From contig OZ059895.1 of NCBI GenBank assembly GCA_964057225.1, positions 16,368,001 through 16,432,000 of the forward strand: DNA of 64,000 nucleotides. The letters run 5' to 3'. Every line of letters begins with the position of its first letter. Position 1 is the stretch's first letter. A program made the position numbers and the translations under genes. Below the pieces are notes generated by a model. That model did not search any database and was not told where the DNA came from. It saw only the letters and a program-made list of their open reading frames with translations. Positions 24,401 through 38,922 of this stretch are shown in pieces. Origin of the DNA: Auanema rhodensis. Taxonomy: Eukaryota; Animalia; Nematoda.

Positions 24401-24510
24401 GCTAGTACGACTACGATTCTTGGGAATCTTGGCCTGATGGGAAACAATGATCGCTTTAACGAGAAGTCTTAGGCTTCGGCGCTCCCCTTCGGTTGCCTGG
24501 CACGATGTAT
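15489..24510 (+). ncRNA. Candidate long structured non-coding region (unc-37 leader/outron/5' intron, or an independent lncRNA) with at least 10 helical islands
   Basis: No credible coding exons. The + strand is pyrimidine-rich. Nested helices include 16883-93/16972-82 (11 bp), 19171-80/19258-67 (10 bp), 22555-65/22666-76 (11 bp) and 23536-45/23631-40 (10 bp), with G.U rather than A.C mismatches. Confidence 0.5.
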
Positions 24511-25150
24511 TAGGTTGCAATTCATTTGATATCCACCTCATCTCACATGGAAGCTTCTAGCAATGTAGAGCTCAATAGAACAAGTATTTCCCATTCGTCC
24601 TTCTGGCCATACTTACGACATATCATTAGCTTAGCTTGATTATCGTCAGTCAATTTTTTGGGGTTCAGTCATTATTGTTTCCAAATTAGAATTAGCTTAT
24701 TTACATTTCCTTCTTTGCTTTTCTCCAATTCCTTCAGTTTTATAGAACAAAATATTTTCTAGCTTTCGTTTCATTAGCTTTGGAAGCCCTTATGCCCATT
24801 TCTATTCATTCTTTCTCTTGCAAATTATCTCCTCATTCTTGATGAGTAAGTAGCTCTAGCTATGAGCATCTGTTGGTGCAATGCGGCTTTCCTCACAATA
24901 TTATATCATCTACAGTTCATTATTCTATGAATTTTTCAATGTCATCGATTTTTTTACTTAAGGTTCGCGCATTTTTGTTGAAACGCCATTTATTTCTCTT
25001 CGTGTATTTTTTCGTCATTGTTTAATTTGTCGCGCTCTATTTTGTTTCGTTATGAATTTATCCGTTTAACTATTTCAATTTTATTCCAGTTTCAACATCT
25101 TGTGATCTAAGTAGCAGTTACAGCAGCTTGCTTGCTGTGAAAAGTTGGCA

Positions 25151-27814
<2,664 letters not shown>

Positions 27815-28765
27815 ATTGCTCAGTAGTTTAATCTGAAGAGATCTAAATTATTGTGACTGTTTCCTCGCTTATCAGTGTCAAGCCGGTGTGCAATGCTTCT
27901 CACGTGTAACCTATTCTTCATCTTCCGATCAAATCTCCAACACAAAGATCCACACTCCTGCCAATTTTTCCTTCTTTATAACGTGACAGGTACTGATGTA
28001 TATAACATTTCTCATTCCACGCTTAATGCAACTTATTCTATCAGCCCAAAGGGTGATACTTAACCCATTAAACGTTGTTTGTGTCCAAGCTTTGTATTCT
28101 ATTATTGCTTATGCTGACAAAAACAAAACTGCCTCCATATGCCATAGTTTCAGTGGATTAGGTTTTGTTCCGCGCCTTATTTTATCGTCATGTCTTGATT
28201 TTTCTGTGCCAATTTGACTTTTTTAACAGCGCCCTAAACTAAGCTAATAAGTGATAACTTCTAACTTTATTTTCACTCTGTTGAATTTCATTAGCAAAAT
28301 ATTTTAACTCGTTTTATTTTTACTCTAAATCCTATCCCAGTGCAGTCTCACTTTCATTGTATCTCTTGACTCCATTTGAGAGTCGCATAAATCTTAACAT
28401 TGTATAATTTTGCCCAAATGTTTCAATTTTTAAGGATTTGTATGTTCTCAGATTGAACTCAGTCTATTGATTATGTAAGAATTAAATACTTTACATATAT
28501 TAATTCTAAAACCTTGTCTCATCATTCAATGTTCCTTGTTTTTTACGTGTGCGTGACGTGAACACTACGTCACGTGTACATTATTTTTATAAAGACAGTT
28601 TCGAATTCGGTTGTATTAATTATTTCATTTATCATATAATTCACTTTTTAAGCAAACAGAACATAAAGAAAAATATATCATTCTGAGCAGACAGCAATTA
28701 GAGTCTTGCACCCGAGGAATATTCTTCTATCCTGAGAAATAGACTGGCACTAACCGTCTGTCGGT

Positions 28766-30690
28766 TCATCTCTTTCGTGTATTTTCGAAGTTCATGATAG
28801 AATTTATTCTCCAAATCGACATCGTGAGAGAATTGAAGAACATCAATTTTTCTACTTGTTCTGAAGGAATAGATTCTTTCAAAGAAAACAGAAAAATAAA
28901 CCTATCGATCAAGGGCGCCTCTTCAATGCGACTGCAACTTCTTTCCTCCATATCTTGCTCATCCGCAAATCGAAGCATTTCCATTGTTTGAGGCATGAAA
29001 GCTATTGTATCTCGTCTCTCAGTTAGAGCATTCATAGTCGATGCTTCGTGCATGTACTAAATTAAATAATTTGGAAACGTTCTTGGGATATAATATATAA
29101 TACCTGCAAGATATCAAGAGAAGTTATATGTTCTTTATCTGGATATCTCCTCCTAATTTCTTCGATAATCTTTAGAAGTTCTTTCACTTCCACCTGAATA
29201 CAAAATGCAACATATAATACATTCCTTCTGTCAGTAAACCTCAATTTGTTCCTTCTTTTGTTTTCTTTTGAAATTAATTTTCCGTCCGAAATAATGTATT
29301 TTCAAGAAAATCTCCTTGAGTTCTGAAGCTGCTAATTCTGCACACATTGAAAGAACAGCCACACCTAGTATAAAATTATTTGAAAAAATTCAGAATAATG
29401 TTTCTAATTTACCAAAGGTTACAAAAACAAAAATATAAATTATCGTGAGGACGTGATTTAAGTCATTAGGCATCTCACTCATTGTTAAATTTGCTACCAA
29501 ATTGAAAGTGACAAAGAAAGCTTCAATAAACGTGGCTTGCCCTCCTTAAATTGAACAAATTGTATCTTACATTCTTACATTTGCTAACCTGCTGCAATAT
29601 ATAATACTCCTCCGAGCATACAGAAAACTAATAAAATTGATCCTGTTATGCTTAGAGGGAGCTTAGTTGTGCCATCTTTGTCCTTTTCTGTGGGACATGC
29701 TTCAGTTACATCCTCAATTTCACTTCGAGAACGACTACTTTTATGCGACCTTTAAATAAAATTGTTCAATATAATTCTCAGCAACTGAAAAATGTAATTG
29801 TACTACCTAATTGACACACGATGCCGAAGCCCTGTCGAAGATTTTCGACTACATACTTTGCGTATGTGATCTTCTTTAACACAATACATCTTCCATAGTT
29901 TGCTATACTGAATTCGATTTCATGAGAAAATTAGAAAAGGAATTGCTTCACCTTTGAATATAAAGTAAGCACAATGTGAGATAAGAAACGACCAATATCA
30001 ACAGCAGCTAGTACCATTAAGGGTATTCCAATAAGACCGTAAATGATAGCACAACTTTGACCCATTGGAGTAACTGGTACTGCATTTGAATATCCAGTTG
30101 TTGTCTTCAAGTAAATAATTCAGAATTGGCTTTAAATGTTCGATTTACCAAAATACTCAGAGCATAAAGGAAAGAGCTACTTTCACTCCACCTTGGGGGA
30201 AGAGCATCAATGGAATTTAGGTCAGAATCTAATTGAAATCGTCGGTTTTCATGAATTGAAGATAGTCTACGAAAAAAAATTTATATTAAATTTGGATAGA
30301 AACTAGATTCATACTTTGATAACTGACGAAAAATATTTTCTTTGTTCATATGCCACATATCCTTACTGTAAGCCATATCCTGAATCTCATAAGCAATTTT
30401 TCGATAAATCTAAAAGCCAAATCACAACTGTTATTTGAAATATGAAACACCTCTTTGATTTTATTTAATTTAGTGGCTTGTATCCTTTTATCAGCTTCAT
30501 ATTCCATCCAATAGAAAGCCTTCGCCCCAACCAACAAGTAGAAGAAGAGAAACAAGTAGAGACCCACGTGCGGCAGGGCCATTTTGAGGCCCTTACATCA
30601 AGATTACATAATAACAAACAACAAACAATTTCATACCTTTTTCCATTTGTTAGTTTGTGCTGTCGACTCATCTACGATGTCGGAGGCCAT
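28766..30690 (-). CDS. Two-pore-domain (TWK/K2P) channel subunit with non-canonical pore loops
   Basis: M1 ALPHVGLYLFLFFYLLVGAKAFYWME; P1 WSESSSFLYALSIL|TTTGYSNAVPVT; M2 IIYGLIGIPLM; P2 position TFIEAFFVTFNLVANLTMSEMP; M4 follows. Confidence 0.88.
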
Positions 30691-31296
30691 AGAACTGAGT
30701 ATATAAAATGCATTTGCCAGATATAATTCATAGCTTGATTTAATTGTAGCGCAACCATATGAGGCCCTCATCTTCAATATTCTTCATGTCCATATAAAGA
30801 ATATAAAATATACTTAGAAATATATTGAATTTTCCGAAAATTGGGATATTTTATGACAAATATGATATGAAGGTATTTCTTCCTGCTTAACCATTTGTGA
30901 TAATCAAATGATATTAAGCAATTAACTTTTTTTAGAGCCTTTCTTTGATTTTTGGTTCTTTATTAGACCTAAAGAATGTTTATAAATTCAATATATTTTG
31001 AATAAAAGACCTTTTCATTATTTCTTCATACTTCATGATCTTCATAAAATAATGTAATTGCTGAAACATTTATTAACAAGTTAAAAAGCTATTCTCAAAC
31101 TCTATTTTATCTACTCTTACATCAGCTAATTTCATTAAGAATTCAAAGACATGCCCATTGATTATTTCCGTGTCAGCGCACGTAGGCTCTTTCATCCATT
31201 CAACACTTTAAAATAAATTTTGGCTTATTCGAGAGAAAATTATCGATACGTACTGTACGTACAGACTGTACGTGAAAGGAGTTGCAATTTCACTCG

Positions 31297-31713
31297 GAGC
31301 CTTGTCATTCGTGATACGAACGCCGTAGAAGACGGTTGTGTGTTGTGGCTCACTAGCGGTAGGCGATGCATTTCTTTTGCTTTTTTCTCAAAATAGACGG
31401 GGGCACCACACAGTTGGTCTTAGTCCTTCGGGCTGTTTTCTCTGCCCAGCTGACTACTGCCTGTTCGATTGGTTGATGTCGAATGTGTGCTTACTCTTCG
31501 TTGTCCCTCTTTCGCTATGTGAATAACATGCCAACAGCAGTAGCAGCAGCATTCCGTCTAGTTTAACAACTCAGTTTCCAATATTTTCCATCGAATACTG
31601 ACTATTCATTTTCCTTTATAATCTTGATTCGAAAGCCGGACATGGCATGATATGATTCAGTCATATGACAATTAGTTGAGAGAGAATGCAGAATTGCTTG
31701 TTTTTGTCCGGCT
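31297..31713 (+). ncRNA. Candidate structured RNA element upstream of the alanine aminotransferase start
   Basis: Helices GAGCC/GGCTC (31297-301/31347-51), CAGTTGG/CCAGCTG (31411-17/31446-52) and a perfect AGCCGGACA/TGTCCGGCT (31634-42/31705-13), each enclosing smaller hairpins. Confidence 0.4.
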
Positions 31714-32529
31714 AGTGCCGATTTGTACGCGGCCTCGGTCAGAGCATGTTCTGTTCTATTGGTCTGAATGAATCGATCAACATAAGTTGTTTCTGCCTAT
31801 GCTATCGTTGATACTATATACACGGTACCACAGTCTCATGCCCACCTGATATTGCTACTCTCTTCAGCTTCAACTCTCCTTCTCTTTCAATTTTTTTCGC
31901 ACTTAGTGCATGTAGTGTTTGTCTTAATTACTATTATGCTCGCAGTACTTTAGTTTGAAATCTGCAAATCAACAATGTAGAAGTAGTGATTAAGTCGCTA
32001 ATTTTCACGTATATTTTTAGGTTTTTACATTACATTGAACCTCGATTATATAAATTCCGAGTGGTGCAGTCTAGTTGTAAGTTTTGAACTTTCATCTTCG
32101 CCATGTCTTCGAAGCTGTGCTCTATTTTTGTTTAACGCTCTGGGTTTGCTCCTATGCTATGAGCATTTTGAAAATGAAAACGATGCCGTTTTCATTGACC
32201 GACATTTTGCCTGATCATCACTTTTGCCCTAACCCTTACATTTCGATTTTATCGAATATCTGAAAAGAATTGATAAGAATAACTAACAGACATATACTAA
32301 CCTACTAAATCTTTTTAACCGTTTTAAACATAGTTCAAGACAACAGCGCATTGTTAACTCTGCGTAATGTTGCACAACTGATTTTTCATATTTGCTAACT
32401 TTTCACAGAAGAGACGGATAGCTAGCTGCATTAGCAGTAGCAAACAGCATTTTAGCCTTGATAACTTAATCGATTCGATATTTTGCTTTCTAAATATTTA
32501 ATCTGATTTCATTTAAATAATTTTTCAGA

Positions 32530-34675
32530 ATGCGCCATTTGAATAAGATTTTTGGGCAAACAAAGCGGTTCATTTCAGTTTCATCTCTAAACATGTCTAA
32601 CAAGGTAATACAATATTCATATAATATATTTATTTATAAACAATATAATATATTTATTTATAAATTAATTTTGTTAGGTTTTAACTACAAAATCTATCAA
32701 CCCTCAAGTGGTTACCATGCAATATGCTGTTCGTGGTCCAATTGTCATCAGAGCAGTTGAGCTTGAAAAGGAGTTAGCTAATGTTGGTTGAATTTAAATA
32801 TTAGCTGTTATACTTATCATTTTCAGGGAGCTCAAAAGCCTTTCACCAATGTTATCAAGGCTAACATTGGAGATGCTCATGCTATGGGACAACAACCAAT
32901 CACTTTCATCCGTCAGGTGTTGTTAAAGTTTATTCCAGGGTTAATTTCAAAAATTAAAGGTCCTTGCTTGCGTAGCTAATCCATCCCTTCTCAAGACTTC
33001 CGACTATCCAAGTGATGTTATTGAGCATGCTCAGGTTGCAGCTTCAGTTTTTAATTAATTTATTGAATTTCTCTGTATAGACTATCCTTAATGGATGTGG
33101 AGGAAAGAGTAGTGGAGCTTACAGTCAAAGTACCGGAATAGATGTTATTCGCAAACATGTTGCCGAATATATCACCGTTAGTTTGTTGTTGTTTTATCGT
33201 TTTATCTGTACTTAAGTAAATTATAACAATACATAGACTATTGATTATTTATTGTAGAAACGTGACGGTGGAATTTATACTGACCCTGAGAATGTTATCC
33301 TTTCTGGAGGAGCTTCTGAATCTATTCGTAATGTTCTCAAGATGTTCGTTAACCACGGAGCTTCTCGTAAGACCGGAGTCATGATTCCCATTCCACAATA
33401 CCCTCTCTACTCTGCCACTCTCGAAGAGTTCGGACTTGGCCAAGTATGTAGAACAAATAGTCAGCAATTCCTAATATTATGCTTAGGTTGGATATTTCTT
33501 GAACGAAGAAAAGGGATGGGCTTTGGATGAGGCTGAATTGGAGCGTTCATTCGTTGAAAGCATGAAGAAATTCGACACCAAGATCATTGTCATCATCAAC
33601 CCTGGAAACCCTACTGGACAAGTATTTAATGCTTCAATTAAACTGTGGATTAAGTTATCTTTAAGGTTTTGAGCCGCGAAAATATTGAAATGATCATTCG
33701 CTTTGCCAAGAAGCACAATCTCTTCGTTATGGCTGACGAAGTTTATCAAGTCAGTTCATCAAAAATCTTTTAAGTTTCTATTTCCTATGCTTCCAGGATA
33801 ATGTATATGCTGAGGGATCTAAGTTCCATTCCTTCAAGAAGGTCGTCTCTGAAATGGGAGCCCCATACAACCAGTACTAGCTTTTGCGATTTGACTTTAG
33901 TTTTTATTTCACTTTTTAGAATTGAGTTGGCTTCCTTCCACTCTGTTTCTAAGGGATACATGGGCGAATGTGGTCTTCGTGGAGGATATGTCGAGTTCTT
34001 AAACCTTGACGCTGAAGTGTATGTTCTTTTCAAGAAAATGATTTCTGCTAAGCTCTGCTCCACTGTTCTCGGACAAGTAATGATTCCAATTTCCTAAAAT
34101 GCTCTAAAAGTGTTTTCTTAGGCCGTCATTGACACCGTTGTTAACCCACCAAAGGAAGGTGATCCATCTTACCCTCTCTGGCTTGAGGTTTGATGTCTGA
34201 CTTTTTCTTTATCTTTACCTTTTTATTGTAGGAGAAGAACGCTGTTCTCTCTTCATTGAAGGAACGTGCTACTCTTGTCAAGAACGCTTATGGATCTATT
34301 GAAGGAATTAGCTGCAACCCTGTTCAAGGAGCAATGTATGCTTTCCCACAAATTCACATTCCAGCAAAGGCTGTTGAAGCTGCTAGAGTATGTTATATTG
34401 TTTGTGCATCTCAAAAGAATTTGTTTCAGAGCTTAGGCCAGGAGCCCGACTTCTTCTATGCTATGGAGCTTCTCGAGTCTACTGGTATCTGTATTGTTCC
34501 CGGAAGTGGATTCGGACAAAAGGACGGAACCTATCATTTCAGGTGAGAGAATAATAGATGAACCTTTTTGAATGACTATTGCAGAACCACCATCTTGCCC
34601 CAACCTGCTTTAATGAAGGACATGCTTCAACGTTTCACTGAGTTCCACCAGAAATTCCTTGAGCAATACAAGTAG
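32530..34675 (+). CDS. GPT: Alanine aminotransferase (GPT family, class I PLP enzyme)
   Basis: [62 protein letters not shown]-lysine motif [42 protein letters not shown]. Confidence 0.97.
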
Positions 34676-35272
34676 GATCCATCAGTTTCACTTCCCTGTG
34701 CACAGAACTCCCTTTAGTATAACTGGTTAATGCCTTAGTTGAAGCATTTTCGTTAGTACTTTTTATTTTTTTTACGAAATATTTTCAATAGGCAATATAT
34801 TTTACAAATAAATTTATTATGAAATTATTTCTTGTGACAATATCTCTAATTAGTTGCTGTTCTACGTATCGCTAGTCTGAAACAGCAGTTTCCAATCTAG
34901 ATATCGACTATCGACTTGCAGCTTGTGTGCTCTGGAATGTGATTTGGAAATCTGTAATTCAGAAGCGAAAGACAACTATAATAAGGAGAAAAGATGTCTG
35001 GGGATTAAGTGATATGTGAAAATGTACAGAAACAGAGAAATAGCTTTGAAAAAGGAAATATAGCTAATGGACATAGTTGCACCGAGGGTTATCCATCCTT
35101 TCATTTTTAAATCTTGAATAATAGAATTAAATTGAGCGAAATGAACACAAGGAAAACAGGTAAATATGTATTCACCATTGACTTTAACTAGTAGAAGTTT
35201 AAGAATCAACGAAAAACGGACTAGGACAGAACATGAAAGTTTAAATGAAAGTTTGCACACAAGCAGAAGTGT

Positions 35273-37936
35273 TTAGCAGTTGGTACAATAACTTGATGTT
35301 GGAGGTGTATCGGCGTCCAAGCTGACTCCTCGACATTCTGAAATGAAATATGAAAATCTCGTAGTTGAAGATGGAAATATGCTTTGACTATGTACCTGAT
35401 AATGGAATAGCCGATGATGAGTCCACACTTTGTTGAATTCTTTGCATTACGAGATCTAACAAACAATCCACAGCTTTTTCAACATTTGTTGATGTACAAG
35501 CTGAGGTTTCGAAGTATGGTAAGCTGAAGACAACAAATTTGAATATTGATTGATTGTGAAGTCTTTCATTTTCTTTTTTTCCTATTCTGTGAACGGTTGT
35601 TTTTTTTTCCGTCAAAAATAATGCAAATATTGTCAAAACAATATAATTTAGAATGTATGGTTTATTTTTTTGAGACACCATACATTGCTAATAATTCATA
35701 AAAGTGTTGTTATATTTTTTAGAAGAAAACAAGTAAATTCAACGAACCCTAGCTGATCTGCAAGCTGTTTTGCTCTAGCTGTGCTAACCTGACGACGGTT
35801 TTCTAAGTCAGCTTTGTTACCACAGATAATAATATCTGGTGTATCACAATAGGCATGAAGCTAAATATTAATTTATTAGACAAAACACTTGAAGAAGGTT
35901 AGATTGAGGACAAACCTTTAATTGTGAAAGCCAATCTCGAATATTTAAAAAGGATTGTTCATTAGTAATATCGAATATGAGAATGAAACCCATGGCATCT
36001 CGGAAAAACGCCGTTGTAAGACTTCGGAATCTGAAGTGATGATGATAATTTTGTCTTTTCTGCTATTCAATTGCATATTCATATATGTTTTTCTGCATTC
36101 TCCGTGTGTGTGTGTGCATGTGTGCGTGTGCTCTACGTCAGAAAGAAAGCTACTTTTGGGTTGTTTAGAAGACGAGTTCAAAGTTTTTGTGTTTCTTTAG
36201 GTTTTTTTTCTAAAAAATACAACACTTTGAACTCATAATAAGTTTTGTTTGTTGTTGGTCAACATTGAGATAGTTGAAGAAGAAAAATTATTCGAAAGCT
36301 GCATTTTCGTCTTGAGAGCTTTGGCCAGTTTGTTTTCTTCTACTTCTTCACTCGCGTTGTGGTTGGCTTCCTCAGGGAAAATCGACAATTGACTTGAACG
36401 TTTTTCATTTTTTCAAAGAAACATATCATGTTATATGAACAGCAAGTTAAGCTAAAGATAATGATAGAATATTGGCTAAACATATTTAGAAAAATATTAT
36501 TTTAAAGCTCATGTAATAAGGTTTTGAGACAAAAAAAAGAAGAAAGTATTACTCATCTAATCCCCTCAGGCCATTCTACTGCTACTGCTATACAAGAAAG
36601 ATGCATGAGCTAGCTGTTCATATACATAATTTCAATTTCACCTTTATATTAGTGAAATATAATTATTTAAAAATAAAAAGAATGTATGCATGTGTGTAAT
36701 GGGAGATGAATGTTTGGGATTTGTTTTGCCCTTTCTTCCATCATGGTCCTCTTTTTATTTTTATTTTAATTTCCATTCTCGTCTAAAAAGCTAACTGATC
36801 AGATTACGACGAGTCTCGAGTGGGACTGATTTGATTTAGAATCTGAGTATTTGAATTACATTTAAGAGAGAATGCAATGATAATTCCGCTAAAGAGGCTG
36901 CAGAAAAAATATTTTGGTGCTTCATCCCCTTTTGACACCATAACGAACGATTGTATCCTTCATTCGCGACCGAGAGAAAGCTAAGCTGAATGTCATGTGC
37001 ACTACAAGCTTTATACTTTATCTTATAGTTTATAGCTTATTAAACTATAACACTGTGTCTAATACAATCGTCATCATACAAAGTGGTAAGGTACTGAATG
37101 AGCTGTGAACTTGAACTAACATACCTCTCTTGCCCAGCTGTATCCCATAGTTGCAGGAGAACACGTTGCCCTCTACCTCCAAAGCCACCACGAGTACTCT
37201 TGTATACCTACAACTCATACACATCAACAGTCCTTTGATAAGCATCGCTTCCTTCTCTTTCTGAAGCAGCAGCAGCATCAGCAGCAACTTCATCATGAGA
37301 GAGAGCAGAAGGAAGTGACACATCACTGTCTGACAACCACTTACCACTCGCTTTTCTTTGAAATCAATTCCTACAGTCGAAATAAATTGTCCAGTAAATG
37401 TATTGTCAGTATATCGATGCTGAAAGAGAAGAATAATTCAAAATTGAAGTAAAAGCACATAGAAATAAGCCAAAAATCGATTTTTCTGTTTTAAAAGTAA
37501 CATTTTAAATAATTCAGATGACAAAAAAATTAAATCAAAAAATGTAAACATGAATGAACGTAGTTTGAACATTTCTCTTCTTTTGATTTTCAGGTGGAAT
37601 TAAAAAATTAAAGGGAGAGAGAGAGAGAGAGAGAGAGAAATAAGGAAAAAGAGGGAGAGAGGGAACTGACTGATGAATCCCTTTTTTAGAATTCATTTTC
37701 TCTATTCAAAACTACATCTACATAGATGTACGTAAAACAACCAGAAGCAATAGCTTCAGTTGATCCCGTTGTCACCAACTTTTCTCCAGCCTCATTGACG
37801 CCAAGTCAGACATACAAAAACGAAACAAAAAAAAACCGAAAAATTTTTCATGAATTCTGAAAGAAGTGGTTCACAAATGAAATTTTTTTTGTACCAGTCT
37901 CCTTCTCTCTTCATCCGTGAATATTCCAGTCAGCCA

Positions 37937-38018
<82 letters not shown>

Positions 38019-38867
38019 TCTTCCTTTCTATCCCTAGTCATATCTTTTTTCTATTTTTTGTGATCTATGCTTGATATATTTTATCTTCGTCATCCATACA
38101 AATGACAATTATGATTTAAGATTTTCTAAAGCACATGGTAGGATATACTTTCAGATTTAAAACCAAAAATATCTTTTGTGTCAGCCATCTAATCCTATAG
38201 ATCTTTCTCGTAAAACATTTTGCATTGACGACAATTTTTTTAGAAAATAGATTCTGTATTCATACGTCTACAGACTGAAAAAAGGCTATGAGAGAAACTT
38301 CTTTCACACGAATTATTATGATGCTTTCAACAGCAGGACCACAAGCAAAAGCACCAGTTCAGCATCACATGCAGCCCAAGATTCTCAATGGTACTAATAC
38401 CAAATATCTGCAACTTTTTCATGCTCATATGTTGAAAAGAAGCAGGCTTCAAGTTGGAATATAAGTGCTCACACATTATGTTTGCGAAATGAACAGTTTG
38501 ACGCCGTAGTGAAGAGTTGATGGACATATATGTGCATGTTGCCATGTTTCAATAACGCTTCTAAGGCTTCAAACTATCTGGAGCATAGCAAAAAAGGGCA
38601 TCGAAAAGAGAAGTGAATAAGAGGAAGCAAGATTGAAATGAGGAGAGCTGTTGCAAACCACCTATTAAGGCATTGATTTGTCAACCATCAGACACATGTA
38701 TGGCCTGGCTGCCAAGAGATGAAAGCAGCCAGTTAGTAGATGAGCTAGCATTAGGCTGTTGCAACATTATAAGATAGACACATGTATCTATATACACTAA
38801 CGTAATAACTAGAAATCTCATTGACAAAAGGATTTAAGGATTCTTACTCTATCCGTATTTCTCTCTC

Positions 38868-38922
<55 letters not shown>

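Noticed and set aside
24468-24476. CTTAGGCTT as a telomerase RNA template on the - strand
   Set aside because: It is a 9-nt match expected by chance, the local structure polarity is +, and no other telomerase RNA features are visible.
32619-32664. 22-bp direct repeat in aminotransferase intron 1
   Set aside because: A simple AT-rich slippage duplication with no sign of function.
36230-36410. 58-codon ORF ([14 protein letters not shown]...) on - inside an aex-6 intron
   Set aside because: No splice support or homology, and Rab27 is complete without it.
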